Shown piece by piece: positions 33,605 through 42,119 of a stretch of 43,563 bases of DNA; position 1 is the first letter of the stretch; each line of letters starts with the position of its first letter. Source of the DNA: a virus (Duplodnaviria; Caudoviricetes); IMG/VR virus record IMGVR_UViG_3300032232_001192, positions 1 through 43,563 of that record; one strand, 5' to 3'. Under the pieces are notes generated by a model, which was not told where the DNA came from, did no database searches, and was given only the letters and a program-made list of their open reading frames with translations. Made by a program: the position numbers and the translations under genes.

Positions 33605-33767
33605 ACAATCCCTTTCTGATACCGTAGACGGATGTTACCACGATCAGCAAAAAACGGTCAACACATAGACCCTTGAGCCAGGTCAACTATTTGCAGGGCC
33701 GTTTGACGCCCCCCGATTTTATGGTGTAAAATCGGCGCAAATAACCCCACGAACTGTGGGGTCTTTG

Positions 33768-33995
33768 TCAATCCTCCTGCTCCACGTACCAGCCATCATT
33801 GCGGAGCCGTTCCCGGCCCTCGGGCGTGCTCTTCAGTGTGGCCATGTGGAGGTCAAGGCTTTCCAGCCCAGAGATCAAAGCCACACGGTCAGTGTGGTCA
33901 ACCCAATGGGCACGCATGCCGTGCACGTCCTTGTGGTAGTCCGAAAAACGGGAGGCCAATTCCTCCGTGGTGTAAACATTCCAGTCCATTACCAT
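33768..33995 (-). CDS. hypothetical protein
   Basis: SDYHKDVHGMR motif resembling small phage proteins; GGAG RBS. Confidence 0.7.
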   Translation of the reverse strand: MVMDWNVYTTEELASRFSDYHKDVHGMRAHWVDHTDRVALISGLESLDLHMATLKSTPEGRERLRNDGWYVEQED

Positions 33996-34073
33996 TCTCC
34001 CATGATGATCATTGCAATTCCGGCAATCAGTGTCGGTACAATCAAGAAACCCAAAAACCAGATCATTTCCATT

Positions 34074-34259
34074 TCATTCTCCCCTACGTTCAATGTGTTT
34101 GCACAGCCTGTAAAACATGTTGACAACATCCAAAACCTGGGCAGAGGCATCCTGATCCGGGTCAGTCTCCAAATTCTCCAAAACCATCCGCATATTCCAG
34201 AAGTGGAATCCGTCCCCCATGATCCTGGAGATTTCAGCCAGCTTTTCTGTGGTAGTCAT
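34074..34259 (-). CDS. hypothetical protein
   Basis: GGAGG RBS, ATGA overlap. Confidence 0.65.
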   Translation of the reverse strand: MTTTEKLAEISRIMGDGFHFWNMRMVLENLETDPDQDASAQVLDVVNMFYRLCKHIERRGE

Positions 34260-34384
34260 ACACCCTCCCCGATCTCTTGCAGTTCCCAGTTGATGGGGTC
34301 TTCATTCCAGATCAACTCCACCGCAACCATGTCCAGCTCAAAAGCTTGGATATCTTCAACAGTCATGTCTTGTGGATAGTACAT
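34256..34384 (-). CDS. small acidic protein
   Basis: MYYPQDMTVEDIQAFELD...; AGGAG RBS; no basic residues. Confidence 0.6.
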   Translation of the reverse strand: MYYPQDMTVEDIQAFELDMVAVELIWNEDPINWELQEIGEGV

Positions 34385-34559
34385 CTTGATCTCCTGTTTG
34401 CCTTGCGATGTAGTGATTTTAAGCCAGAACACCAGCATAGATCAACAACAAAATAATGCCCCTCTAACCAGGTGGGGTATTGGCCAGGCCTTGATAGCCC
34501 CCGAAATTATGTGATATAATTTCGGCGCAAATCCCTCTCCAATTTGGAGAGGGTTGGGC

Positions 34560-34715
34560 TCAGTCGGTCATTATACGGTACAGCTGTACAGTGTCCACAT
34601 CGTGCTGTGACGCTGCAACACGGCACGCATCGTGCAATGCCATCCCGCAGGTTTTCGTCAGGTACGTTACCATTGCGATGGCATCCCACAGTTTCACAAT
34701 TGCTTGGCTAGTCAT
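34560..34715 (-). CDS. small hypothetical protein (51 aa)
   Basis: MTSQAIVKLWDAIAM...; AGGAG RBS. Confidence 0.5.
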   Translation of the reverse strand: MTSQAIVKLWDAIAMVTYLTKTCGMALHDACRVAASQHDVDTVQLYRIMTD

Positions 34716-34728
34716 ATTCTTCTCCTAT

Positions 34729-34896
34729 TCAGATTTCGTCAATCTTGTCAACTTCTCCGTAAAAATGAACGTAGCGAGGGCCGTGGTCACCATGTCGCAT
34801 GAGGTAGGCTTCAGCGGCCTGTCTGCTGCTGGCACGAATCACAACCATCTCAGTGTCCGTCTGGCTCCAGTCGAGCCGAAAGATGTATGCCTTCAT
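34729..34896 (-). CDS. small hypothetical protein (55 aa)
   Basis: MKAYIFRLDW...; GGAGG RBS, ATGA overlap. Confidence 0.55.
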   Translation of the reverse strand: MKAYIFRLDWSQTDTEMVVIRASSRQAAEAYLMRHGDHGPRYVHFYGEVDKIDEI

Positions 34897-35066
34897 GCTT
34901 CCTCCAAGATCTCTTGAGCAACCTCAACACACACCGAGTTCAGCATTTCATGCAGTTCCGTCATAGTGTTAAAATTGTAGCGGCTACGATCCAGGTGATA
35001 ACGAACCAGTGCGTTAGCGTAACGCTGGGCCAGGTTTTCCATGTGTTCACGTGTTGTCATTTCCAT
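34893..35066 (-). CDS. hypothetical protein
   Basis: AAGGAG RBS near MEMTTREH; exact start uncertain. Confidence 0.55.
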   Translation of the reverse strand: MEMTTREHMENLAQRYANALVRYHLDRSRYNFNTMTELHEMLNSVCVEVAQEILEEA

Positions 35067-35352
35067 CTCCTTGTCTACAGTGAACACAGTATAGGCTACT
35101 TCTAGAATTTTGTCATTCAAATTTTTTGTAGGGTAGATACAAATAATTTGTATGCTGTCCGTGATACAATAGGACAGGGGCGGATATTAGACACGTGAAT
35201 TCGCTACCCCCGCTGCGCCCACCCAAACGCGGCCTATCCAAAAAAATTCAGTCAACACTTTGTATGCAGACCAAATTTTCACTTGAACATCTTACCCAGA
35301 CCTGTTATAATAAACCCGATCGCCAAATTTGGGATCATCAACAGGAAATTTT

Positions 35353-35490
35353 ATGAACTTTTTAAAGTGGCTGCAATCAGCCTTTCAACCGCACTACCGT
35401 GACGAGATATATTCATACTTGTCACAAAGCACCGACCTTTGCGACTTAGAACGCAGAATGACATTCATACAGCGTAGGGGTTACCTATGA
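35353..35490 (+). CDS. DUF3563-like small protein (45 aa)
   Basis: YLSQSTDLCDLERRM..IQRRG; AGGA RBS; promoter TTGAAC-N17-TATAAT at 35283. Confidence 0.65.
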   Translation: MNFLKWLQSAFQPHYRDEIYSYLSQSTDLCDLERRMTFIQRRGYL

Positions 35491-35594
35491 AAATCATTAA
35501 CCGTATCTGGAACAAGTTAGTAGACTACAGCGAGGAATTGTACGAATTCCGCAAGCGTTACTACGGCACCCGCCCCTTTGATCGCTATATCTGA
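35487..35594 (+). CDS. small hypothetical protein (35 aa)
   Basis: ATGA overlap. Confidence 0.45.
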   Translation: MKIINRIWNKLVDYSEELYEFRKRYYGTRPFDRYI

Positions 35595-35606
35595 AAAGGA
35601 TCAACA

Positions 35607-35987
35607 ATGAAAAATCAAATGCTAGACCCGTTGTACCAGACCATGATTGGTTTTGAAAACATGTTAAATCGTGCAACCAACCAATACCCCCCGTACAATT
35701 TATACAAGGACGATGATTGTTACGTCATCGAAATTGCGGTAAGTGGCTGGGACAAAAGCGAGCTGGACGTGTCACTGACCGGTACCACCTTGACTGTCAA
35801 GGGTACGAAAGAAGCCGAAGACACTCGCCAATACTTGGTCCGTGGACTCGCCCACAGATCTTGGACCAAGACCTGGACCCTAGAACCGGACATCCACGTG
35901 TCACATGTCCAACTGGAAGACGGTGTCCTCTACATCGAGCTCACACAGAGTCAGAAGGCCCAAACTCGTAAGATAGATATTAATTAA
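35607..35987 (+). CDS. small heat shock protein Hsp20 (IbpA-like)
   Basis: YPPYNL...IEIAVSGW...YLVRGLAHRS...LEDGVLYIEL. Confidence 0.9.
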   Translation: MKNQMLDPLYQTMIGFENMLNRATNQYPPYNLYKDDDCYVIEIAVSGWDKSELDVSLTGTTLTVKGTKEAEDTRQYLVRGLAHRSWTKTWTLEPDIHVSHVQLEDGVLYIELTQSQKAQTRKIDIN

Positions 35988-35995
35988 GGAAGACC

Positions 35996-36469
35996 ATGCT
36001 ACCAGCCGCCCACCCAGCCGAAACACTCCAGATAGACCCTGAGGGGTTGGAGATTGCGAACTGTTACCTACAATGTCAGAGCTTATCCAAAGTTGCTGAG
36101 GATTTAGGCATCTCCACCGAGCTGGTAGCAACCCAATTGAACCGCCGCGAGGTTAAGAGCTATATAGACCAGGTCTTCAAGGACGTAGGCTTCAACAACC
36201 GCTTTAAAATGCGCAAAGCAATGGATATGTTGATTTCGAAGAAGTTCCAGGAATTGGACGAAGCGGGGGTTGGTAGCAGCAAGGACATTGCAGATCTACT
36301 TGCGCTGAGCCACAAAATGACCATGGAACAATTAGACCGTGAAATTCAACTGGAGAAAGTGCGTGGGTCCAATATTAAAAGTCAAGTCAATGTTCAAATC
36401 AATGATGGTGGTGCTGCCGGGTCGAATTATGGATCGTTACTAGAAAAGTTGTTGAAGTCCAATGCTTAA
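35996..36469 (+). CDS. terS: terminase small subunit (T5-like)
   Basis: IDPEGLEIANCYL...GFNNR...SSKDIADLL; directly upstream of terL. Confidence 0.8.
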   Translation: MLPAAHPAETLQIDPEGLEIANCYLQCQSLSKVAEDLGISTELVATQLNRREVKSYIDQVFKDVGFNNRFKMRKAMDMLISKKFQELDEAGVGSSKDIADLLALSHKMTMEQLDREIQLEKVRGSNIKSQVNVQINDGGAAGSNYGSLLEKLLKSNA

Positions 36470-37766
36470 GATCTCTCGACCAGACATTGACCAGTTCAAT
36501 ATTACAGATTACTCAAGCGATACTCGATTCATCAAACTGCCCATCGCCAACTATCTAAAGTTAGCCACTGTGGGTGGGAGTCCCATCTACGACAATTTGA
36601 ACTGTCCCCAGATCGCGTTAATCAACGCGGTGAACAGCCCCAAGTACCGATTTATCTGTGCTGCGTTGAGCCGGCGACTGGGCAAGACTTTCATTGCCAA
36701 CGTCATTGGTCAGTTGGTGGTGTTAATCCCGGGTTGTAATGTGTTGATCATGAGTCCTAACTACAATCTGAGTACCATTAGTTTTGATCTCCAGCGTGGG
36801 TTCATCAAACAGTTTGACCTGGAAGTTACCAAAGACAATGTAAAAGACAAGGTCATCGAGTTATCGAACGGCAGTACTATTCGTATGGGTAGTATTACAA
36901 CTGTTGACTCTAGCGTGGGTCGGTCATACAATTTGATTATCTTTGACGAAGCTGCACTGGGAGAAGGTGGCGAAGAGGCTTTTAACGTGAGCCTACGTCC
37001 TACCCTAGATCGTCCGGGTAGCAAGGCTATCTTTATCTCTACCCCCCGCGGAAAACACAACTGGTTTAGTAAGTTTTGGGAGCGGGGATGGAGTGAGCAA
37101 TACCCTCAGTGGGTTAGTCTGCAAGCCGATTACCTAGAAAATGATCGCATGTTGGAAAGTGACGTTGAAGAAGCCCGTCGAAGTATGTCGAAGGCGGAGT
37201 TCGAGCAGGAATACATGGCTAGCTTCAATGTGTTCGAGGGTCAGATTTACTCTCTCAGTGAATCACTGATTGTGGAGTTTGAACATAGTGATGGTGTGGA
37301 GTATCTGGCAGGAATTGACCCCGGCTATCGCGATCCCACTGCCATGGTGGTGTTGGCATACGATCCCAAGGGCGATACATTCCATGTGGTCGACGAGTAT
37401 CTAGAAGCTGAGGCTACTACAGCCAAACATGCTGAGGCATTTCATAAGTTGATCGATCGTTGGGGCATGAACAGTGGCATCTTTATCGACTCGGCCGCAG
37501 CGCAGTTTGCAGGCGATCTTGCCTATAGTTACGATATCTCTACCATCAAAGCCAAAAAGCAGGTGTTAGAAGGTATTGCATACGTGCAAACACTTGTAGA
37601 ACAGGGGCGTATAAAGGTTGCACCTCATTGCAAACATACCTTAGAGATGTTCGACCAGTACCAATGGGACAACCGTGATACGTTGACGCGTGAAAAGCCT
37701 GTACACAGCAAGGTCTCACACATAGCTGATGCACTTCGGTACGCTGTTTATACTTACACAATCTAG
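36462..37766 (+). CDS. terL: terminase large subunit
   Basis: SRRLGKT Walker A, LIIFDEAA Walker B, ISTPRG, GIDPG, HIADALRY. Confidence 0.95.
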   Translation: MLKISRPDIDQFNITDYSSDTRFIKLPIANYLKLATVGGSPIYDNLNCPQIALINAVNSPKYRFICAALSRRLGKTFIANVIGQLVVLIPGCNVLIMSPNYNLSTISFDLQRGFIKQFDLEVTKDNVKDKVIELSNGSTIRMGSITTVDSSVGRSYNLIIFDEAALGEGGEEAFNVSLRPTLDRPGSKAIFISTPRGKHNWFSKFWERGWSEQYPQWVSLQADYLENDRMLESDVEEARRSMSKAEFEQEYMASFNVFEGQIYSLSESLIVEFEHSDGVEYLAGIDPGYRDPTAMVVLAYDPKGDTFHVVDEYLEAEATTAKHAEAFHKLIDRWGMNSGIFIDSAAAQFAGDLAYSYDISTIKAKKQVLEGIAYVQTLVEQGRIKVAPHCKHTLEMFDQYQWDNRDTLTREKPVHSKVSHIADALRYAVYTYTI

Positions 37767-37856
37767 GAGGTTAAAGGGTGAAAACTACCAGGACCAAAAA
37801 AGGTTTTGACAACCATCTGCCTACGTGCTATAATAACGGTAATTTGTAGTAGCGCC

Positions 37857-38282
37857 ATGGCAAAAAATACGAACAAACGAATTCCTGTCAAGTGGATTCG
37901 TGACCGAGCCAAAAGTGCTTATGACAAGAAAGGTTGTTGCTATATCTGCAACACCGATCAAGACCTAGAGCTACATCATACGCATTCAGTGACACTCTTG
38001 TTAGAACGTTGGATTGAAAAAACGGGTCGTGACTTTTCGTCAGACGAAGCCGTACTGTCAAACCGGGACGAGTTTATCGAACACCACCGCAAGGAAATAT
38101 ATGATGACGTCTACACACTGTGTAATCGTCATCATGTAGCTTTACACGGAGTGTACGGTAAAGCGCCACCACTCTCAACGGCCACCAAGCAGAATCATTG
38201 GATAGAAACTCAAAAGGCTAAGATGCTGTTACCTCGTGATGAAAAGCCAAAGGTGACTGGTAGTTTTAGCGACTTTTATTGA
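37857..38282 (+). CDS. HNH-type endonuclease (T5 nicking endonuclease position)
   Basis: CYIC....LELHH...TLCNRHH..LH..YG between terL and portal; promoter TTGACA-N17-TATAAT at 37806. Confidence 0.75.
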   Translation: MAKNTNKRIPVKWIRDRAKSAYDKKGCCYICNTDQDLELHHTHSVTLLLERWIEKTGRDFSSDEAVLSNRDEFIEHHRKEIYDDVYTLCNRHHVALHGVYGKAPPLSTATKQNHWIETQKAKMLLPRDEKPKVTGSFSDFY

Positions 38283-38283
38283 G

Positions 38284-39477
38284 GTGAATATGGGCTGGAT
38301 AAATAATGTTAAGTCCTGGGTAGTGGAAAAGATGAATCCTGCCCAGTATGTGATCAGTCGTGATGAGGGCATCAATATCGGCACAGATGCCACATTGACG
38401 TACCTTCAAGCATACAACAAGTTGGAGACTGTAAACCGCGCTACCAACATGATTGTTAGCGCCTGCAGTAGTCTGGACTACGACGTTAAGGATTCAAAAG
38501 CAGATGCTGTTGTAGGTGGTATGCGTCAAAAGAGTTTGATCAAACTCTTAAACTATACTCCCAACCCCTATCAGAGTGCACAAGACTTCAGAACCAACAT
38601 CTTTACTGACTTTGTATTAGAAGGCAACATCTTTATATACTGGGACGGTGCTCACATTTACCACTTGCCTGCTAGCAACGTAGAGATTGACACAGATCCT
38701 AAAACCTATGTAAAGAGCTATACCTATAACAGTGAGGTAAAGTTCAGGCCAGACGAGATAATCCACATCAAAGAATTGAGTAGTACCTCAATCTATCGTG
38801 GTACCAGTCGTTTAGCCTCAGCAGATCGCAACATCAAGATACTCTACAAGATGCAGACGTTTCAGGAACAGTTTTTTGAGAACGGTGCTGTAATGGGTTT
38901 AATCTTGACAAGTGAGAATACTCTGTCACAACAAGCCAAAGAACGAACAATCCAAAACTGGAGAACTCAGTATTCACCCAAGAACGGTGCTAAAAAGCCC
39001 ATGATCTTGGATAGTGGATTGAAGCCTTGGGGCGAGTTCTCCGACTCATTCAAAGACATGGATTTTGACAATTCAATCAAAACCCATGACACAAAGATTT
39101 TAAAGAGCTTGGGCGTGCCACCCATCCTGCTCGACGGCGGCAACAACGCAAATATTGCACCCAATCTGAGACTGTTCTACTTGGAGACTGTGATTCCCAT
39201 AGTAACACGGTACGTCAGTGCAATGGAAAGATTTTTTGGGTACGACGTTGAGGCTGTAACTTCAACAGTATCCGCACTGCAGCCCGAATTGAAAGATGTG
39301 GCTGCTTACTATACCACTCTGGTAAACGGCGGAGTAATTTCTCCAAATGAAGCCAGGTTGGAACTACGCTATGAGACCAAGCCAGGTCATGATGACCTGC
39401 GTGTACCAGCCAACATTGCAGGAAGCGCAGCAAATCCCAGCGTAGGAGGAGCGCCTCGTCGCACTCCACAAAATTAA
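38284..39477 (+). CDS. HK97-family portal protein
   Basis: PNPYQS, GNIFIY, FFENGA, GVPP.LL, SPNEAR. Confidence 0.93.
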   Translation: MNMGWINNVKSWVVEKMNPAQYVISRDEGINIGTDATLTYLQAYNKLETVNRATNMIVSACSSLDYDVKDSKADAVVGGMRQKSLIKLLNYTPNPYQSAQDFRTNIFTDFVLEGNIFIYWDGAHIYHLPASNVEIDTDPKTYVKSYTYNSEVKFRPDEIIHIKELSSTSIYRGTSRLASADRNIKILYKMQTFQEQFFENGAVMGLILTSENTLSQQAKERTIQNWRTQYSPKNGAKKPMILDSGLKPWGEFSDSFKDMDFDNSIKTHDTKILKSLGVPPILLDGGNNANIAPNLRLFYLETVIPIVTRYVSAMERFFGYDVEAVTSTVSALQPELKDVAAYYTTLVNGGVISPNEARLELRYETKPGHDDLRVPANIAGSAANPSVGGAPRRTPQN

Positions 39478-39489
39478 GGTAAGGAGCCT

Positions 39490-41466
39490 ATGAAAGATAA
39501 AGTACTACACTTAAATAGTGCTTTTTCCATCAAAGCTGCAGACAACGCCGACAGTTCTATCTACATCGAAGGGTACGCAAGTACTGTGGACGTAGATCGT
39601 CAAGGCGACGTAGTTCCCACAAGTGTGTGGGAAAAAGGAATGCAGAACTACCTAAAGAATCCAGTTATTCTGGCCTACCACGATCACAATAATCCGATCG
39701 GACGTATGACAGAGCACAAGACGGATGGTAGGGGTTTGTGGATAAAAGCAAGAATTTCAACGGCTGCAAAGCAATTCCAACTTATTAAAGACGGAGTTCT
39801 TACAGCTTTCTCTATCGGCTTCAGGGTGTTGGATGCTGAGTACAACTCAGCGGCTGAAGTGTTTTTAATCAAGGACTTGGAATTGGTGGAGATTTCCGTC
39901 GTTTCAGTTCCTGCAAATCAAAATACTCTTTTTGATCTATCAAAAGCATTTGACAATGCTGAAGAATACAAGCGTTATAAAGAGCAATTTGCAACTCAAG
40001 GCCAATCAGCTAAAGGGCTAGAGTGTTCTACAGAAGCAGATCGCGATGTTAAAAAGGAATGGAATATGAATCCAGAAGAAATCAAGCAAATGCTTGCCCA
40101 AGCCGCTCGTGAAGCTGCCGAACAAGCTACCAAGGCTCTAGAAGCCCGTCAACAAGCCGAAGCTCAAGCCAAGGCACAAGAAATCGCCCGTCAGGCTGAG
40201 ATCGATACACGCGTTAAGGCCGCTGTAGAAGCTCATGTCCAGGTTGGCCAGACTGGAGCTGAAAAGCTACTAGCCGAAGTTGAGAAGCGTTTCGAAACCG
40301 AACGCGCCGCTCAAAAGGACGCTCTACAAGGTCTAGAAGCTGTTCTAAAGGAAAAGGCCGACGAATTGAAGGCTCTACAGACTTCAAAGATGGCTTTTGG
40401 CGACAAGTCAAAGGGTGATAGCACCTCCTACAAGGAGCGCGAACTAGCAGTGTTACTATCAAAGGTAACTGGCAAGTCTCTCGAGTCTACACGTTATGGT
40501 AAGATGGTTGTTGAGAAGGCCGGCGGTCACCTAGGTGGTGGTAGCAATACAACTGGTATCGTTACTGCTCCTAATTCTCAGTGGGAAATGGAAGTTTCCA
40601 CAAACATGGAAGAAGAAGTACGTCGTCGTCTAGTAATGGCTCCTCTAATGAGAAGCGTAGCCATGCAGACCAACGTTATGAGAATGCCTCTAAATCCAGA
40701 AGCTGGTGCAGCTACTTGGGTTATCAACAGTGATTTTGGTAACTCAAATAACAACAGCTCTGGTAGTACAGCTACTCATGTACTAAAGGAAGTTACTCTA
40801 AATTCATTCAAGGTAGCCACACGCGAGTATATGGCCCTTGAAGAAGAAGAGGATTCAATCCTAGTCTTACTAACTATCGTTCGTGAAGCTATGCTACGCC
40901 GTGTTGCACGTGCTGTAGATGCAGCTTTCATCAACGGTGCTGGCAGTGGCAGCGACCCAGTCAAGGGTATTGCTATGTTTGACACAGCTTCAGCTGTTCA
41001 GATCGATAGTAGCAACCCTGTAACTATCGCCAAGATGAGAGCCCTTCGCAAGGATCTCGGAGCTTGGGGCTTAGAACCTTCAGAGTTGGTTTATGTAGTT
41101 AACACAGAAACATACTACAACCTACTAGACGACACCAACTTCATGACTGTTGACAAGGTAGGCGATCGCGCTACGTTGCTAACTGGTCAAATTGGTACCA
41201 TTGCCAACACACCAGTAGTTGTAAGCGGCGAAATGCCCGCAATCGCTGAAGGTGCTGATGGCGCCGGCACAAACATCGCAGCTTTCTGCTTTGCACCTGC
41301 TAACTTCTTGGTAGGTAATCAGCGTGGTCTACGTGTTGATACTGACGTATTGACAGAGCGTCAGAGCCGTGTACTAGTAGCTTCACTACGTACTGGTCTA
41401 ACTCAACTAACCACTAACCTAGGACCTGCAGTAAGCACCCTACGTTACGTTAACGGAGCGACCTGA
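39490..41466 (+). CDS. prohead protease - major capsid protein fusion (HK97 fold)
   Basis: IEGYAST..DRQGD..HDH..SIGFR..EISVVSVPAN protease, coiled-coil delta domain, capsid domain. Confidence 0.93.
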   Translation: MKDKVLHLNSAFSIKAADNADSSIYIEGYASTVDVDRQGDVVPTSVWEKGMQNYLKNPVILAYHDHNNPIGRMTEHKTDGRGLWIKARISTAAKQFQLIKDGVLTAFSIGFRVLDAEYNSAAEVFLIKDLELVEISVVSVPANQNTLFDLSKAFDNAEEYKRYKEQFATQGQSAKGLECSTEADRDVKKEWNMNPEEIKQMLAQAAREAAEQATKALEARQQAEAQAKAQEIARQAEIDTRVKAAVEAHVQVGQTGAEKLLAEVEKRFETERAAQKDALQGLEAVLKEKADELKALQTSKMAFGDKSKGDSTSYKERELAVLLSKVTGKSLESTRYGKMVVEKAGGHLGGGSNTTGIVTAPNSQWEMEVSTNMEEEVRRRLVMAPLMRSVAMQTNVMRMPLNPEAGAATWVINSDFGNSNNNSSGSTATHVLKEVTLNSFKVATREYMALEEEEDSILVLLTIVREAMLRRVARAVDAAFINGAGSGSDPVKGIAMFDTASAVQIDSSNPVTIAKMRALRKDLGAWGLEPSELVYVVNTETYYNLLDDTNFMTVDKVGDRATLLTGQIGTIANTPVVVSGEMPAIAEGADGAGTNIAAFCFAPANFLVGNQRGLRVDTDVLTERQSRVLVASLRTGLTQLTTNLGPAVSTLRYVNGAT

Positions 41467-41473
41467 TATTAAT

Positions 41474-41502
41474 AAAACTGGGGACTTTGGTCCCCGGTTT
41501 TT
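41474..41502 (+). terminator. Rho-independent terminator
   Basis: ACTGGGGAC-TTTG-GTCCCCGGT-TTTT. Confidence 0.8.
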
Positions 41503-41545
41503 CCAAAGGGTTGACACAGCCTTTTGGAAAAACCAAGGAGAGGTC

Positions 41546-42118
41546 ATGGGAATAAGCCTAGTCACTTTGACAGAATACAAAAATTACGCTGGTATTACTG
41601 GCCCTACTCAAGACGTAGCTATAACTGCCATCATTCCCAAAGTGAGTGAACTGGTAAAGACCATTTGCCGTCGTACTTTCAAAGACTATCTAGACGACAG
41701 CAAGATTGAGTATTTTGACGGTGGTGAGTGTTTTAACTTGGCCGAAGCGCCAGTAGTTCAGATAGCTGGTGTCGAACAAAGTACAGACTATGGTAATACT
41801 TGGACTGAGTTGGTGGAATACACAGACTGGGTGTTTAAAAAGAGTACACAGCAGGTTGTTCCGGTCAATACCCTACGATACTTTGAAGACTTGATCAATG
41901 GTTACAAGATCACATATACAGCAGGATACGAGACACTTCCAGAAGACCTGAAGTTGGCTGTTTTGGATTTAGTAACCTACTACTTAAAGAATGATGCCGC
42001 TGTACACAGTAGCAAGGCTCCAGGCACCAATTCAGTACAGATCGAATACATATCAACCACAAACATGCCAGCGCACATTAAACGGGTGTTGGACTTGTAT
42101 GTAATGAATTACAACTGA
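41546..42118 (+). CDS. head completion / head-tail adaptor protein
   Basis: LVTLTEYK.Y...ITYTAGY..LPEDLKLAVLDLV..Y...P.HIKRVLDLY. Confidence 0.85.
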   Translation: MGISLVTLTEYKNYAGITGPTQDVAITAIIPKVSELVKTICRRTFKDYLDDSKIEYFDGGECFNLAEAPVVQIAGVEQSTDYGNTWTELVEYTDWVFKKSTQQVVPVNTLRYFEDLINGYKITYTAGYETLPEDLKLAVLDLVTYYLKNDAAVHSSKAPGTNSVQIEYISTTNMPAHIKRVLDLYVMNYN

Positions 42119-42119
42119 T

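Larger units (their letters stand above)
27187..34528 (+). repeat. dispersed palindromic promoter-like repeat family (10 copies)
   Basis: TTGAC(A/G/C) or TTGATA-N17/18-TA(T/A)AAT-..GGCG at 27187, 28431, 28511, 29865, 30799, 30877, 32057, 32785, 33703, 34491. Confidence 0.9.

Noticed and set aside
33756-34379. 207-aa plus-strand ORF downstream of a repeat promoter (also 27721-28248 and 29014-29424)
   Set aside because: Shadow frames of minus-strand genes with good RBSs; the start lies within a hairpin and there is no RBS
27187-34528. CRISPR array or integron attC interpretation of the dispersed repeats
   Set aside because: Spacing is 80 bp to over 1 kb and contains genes; repeats are degenerate; no cas or integrase gene and no GTTRRRY core
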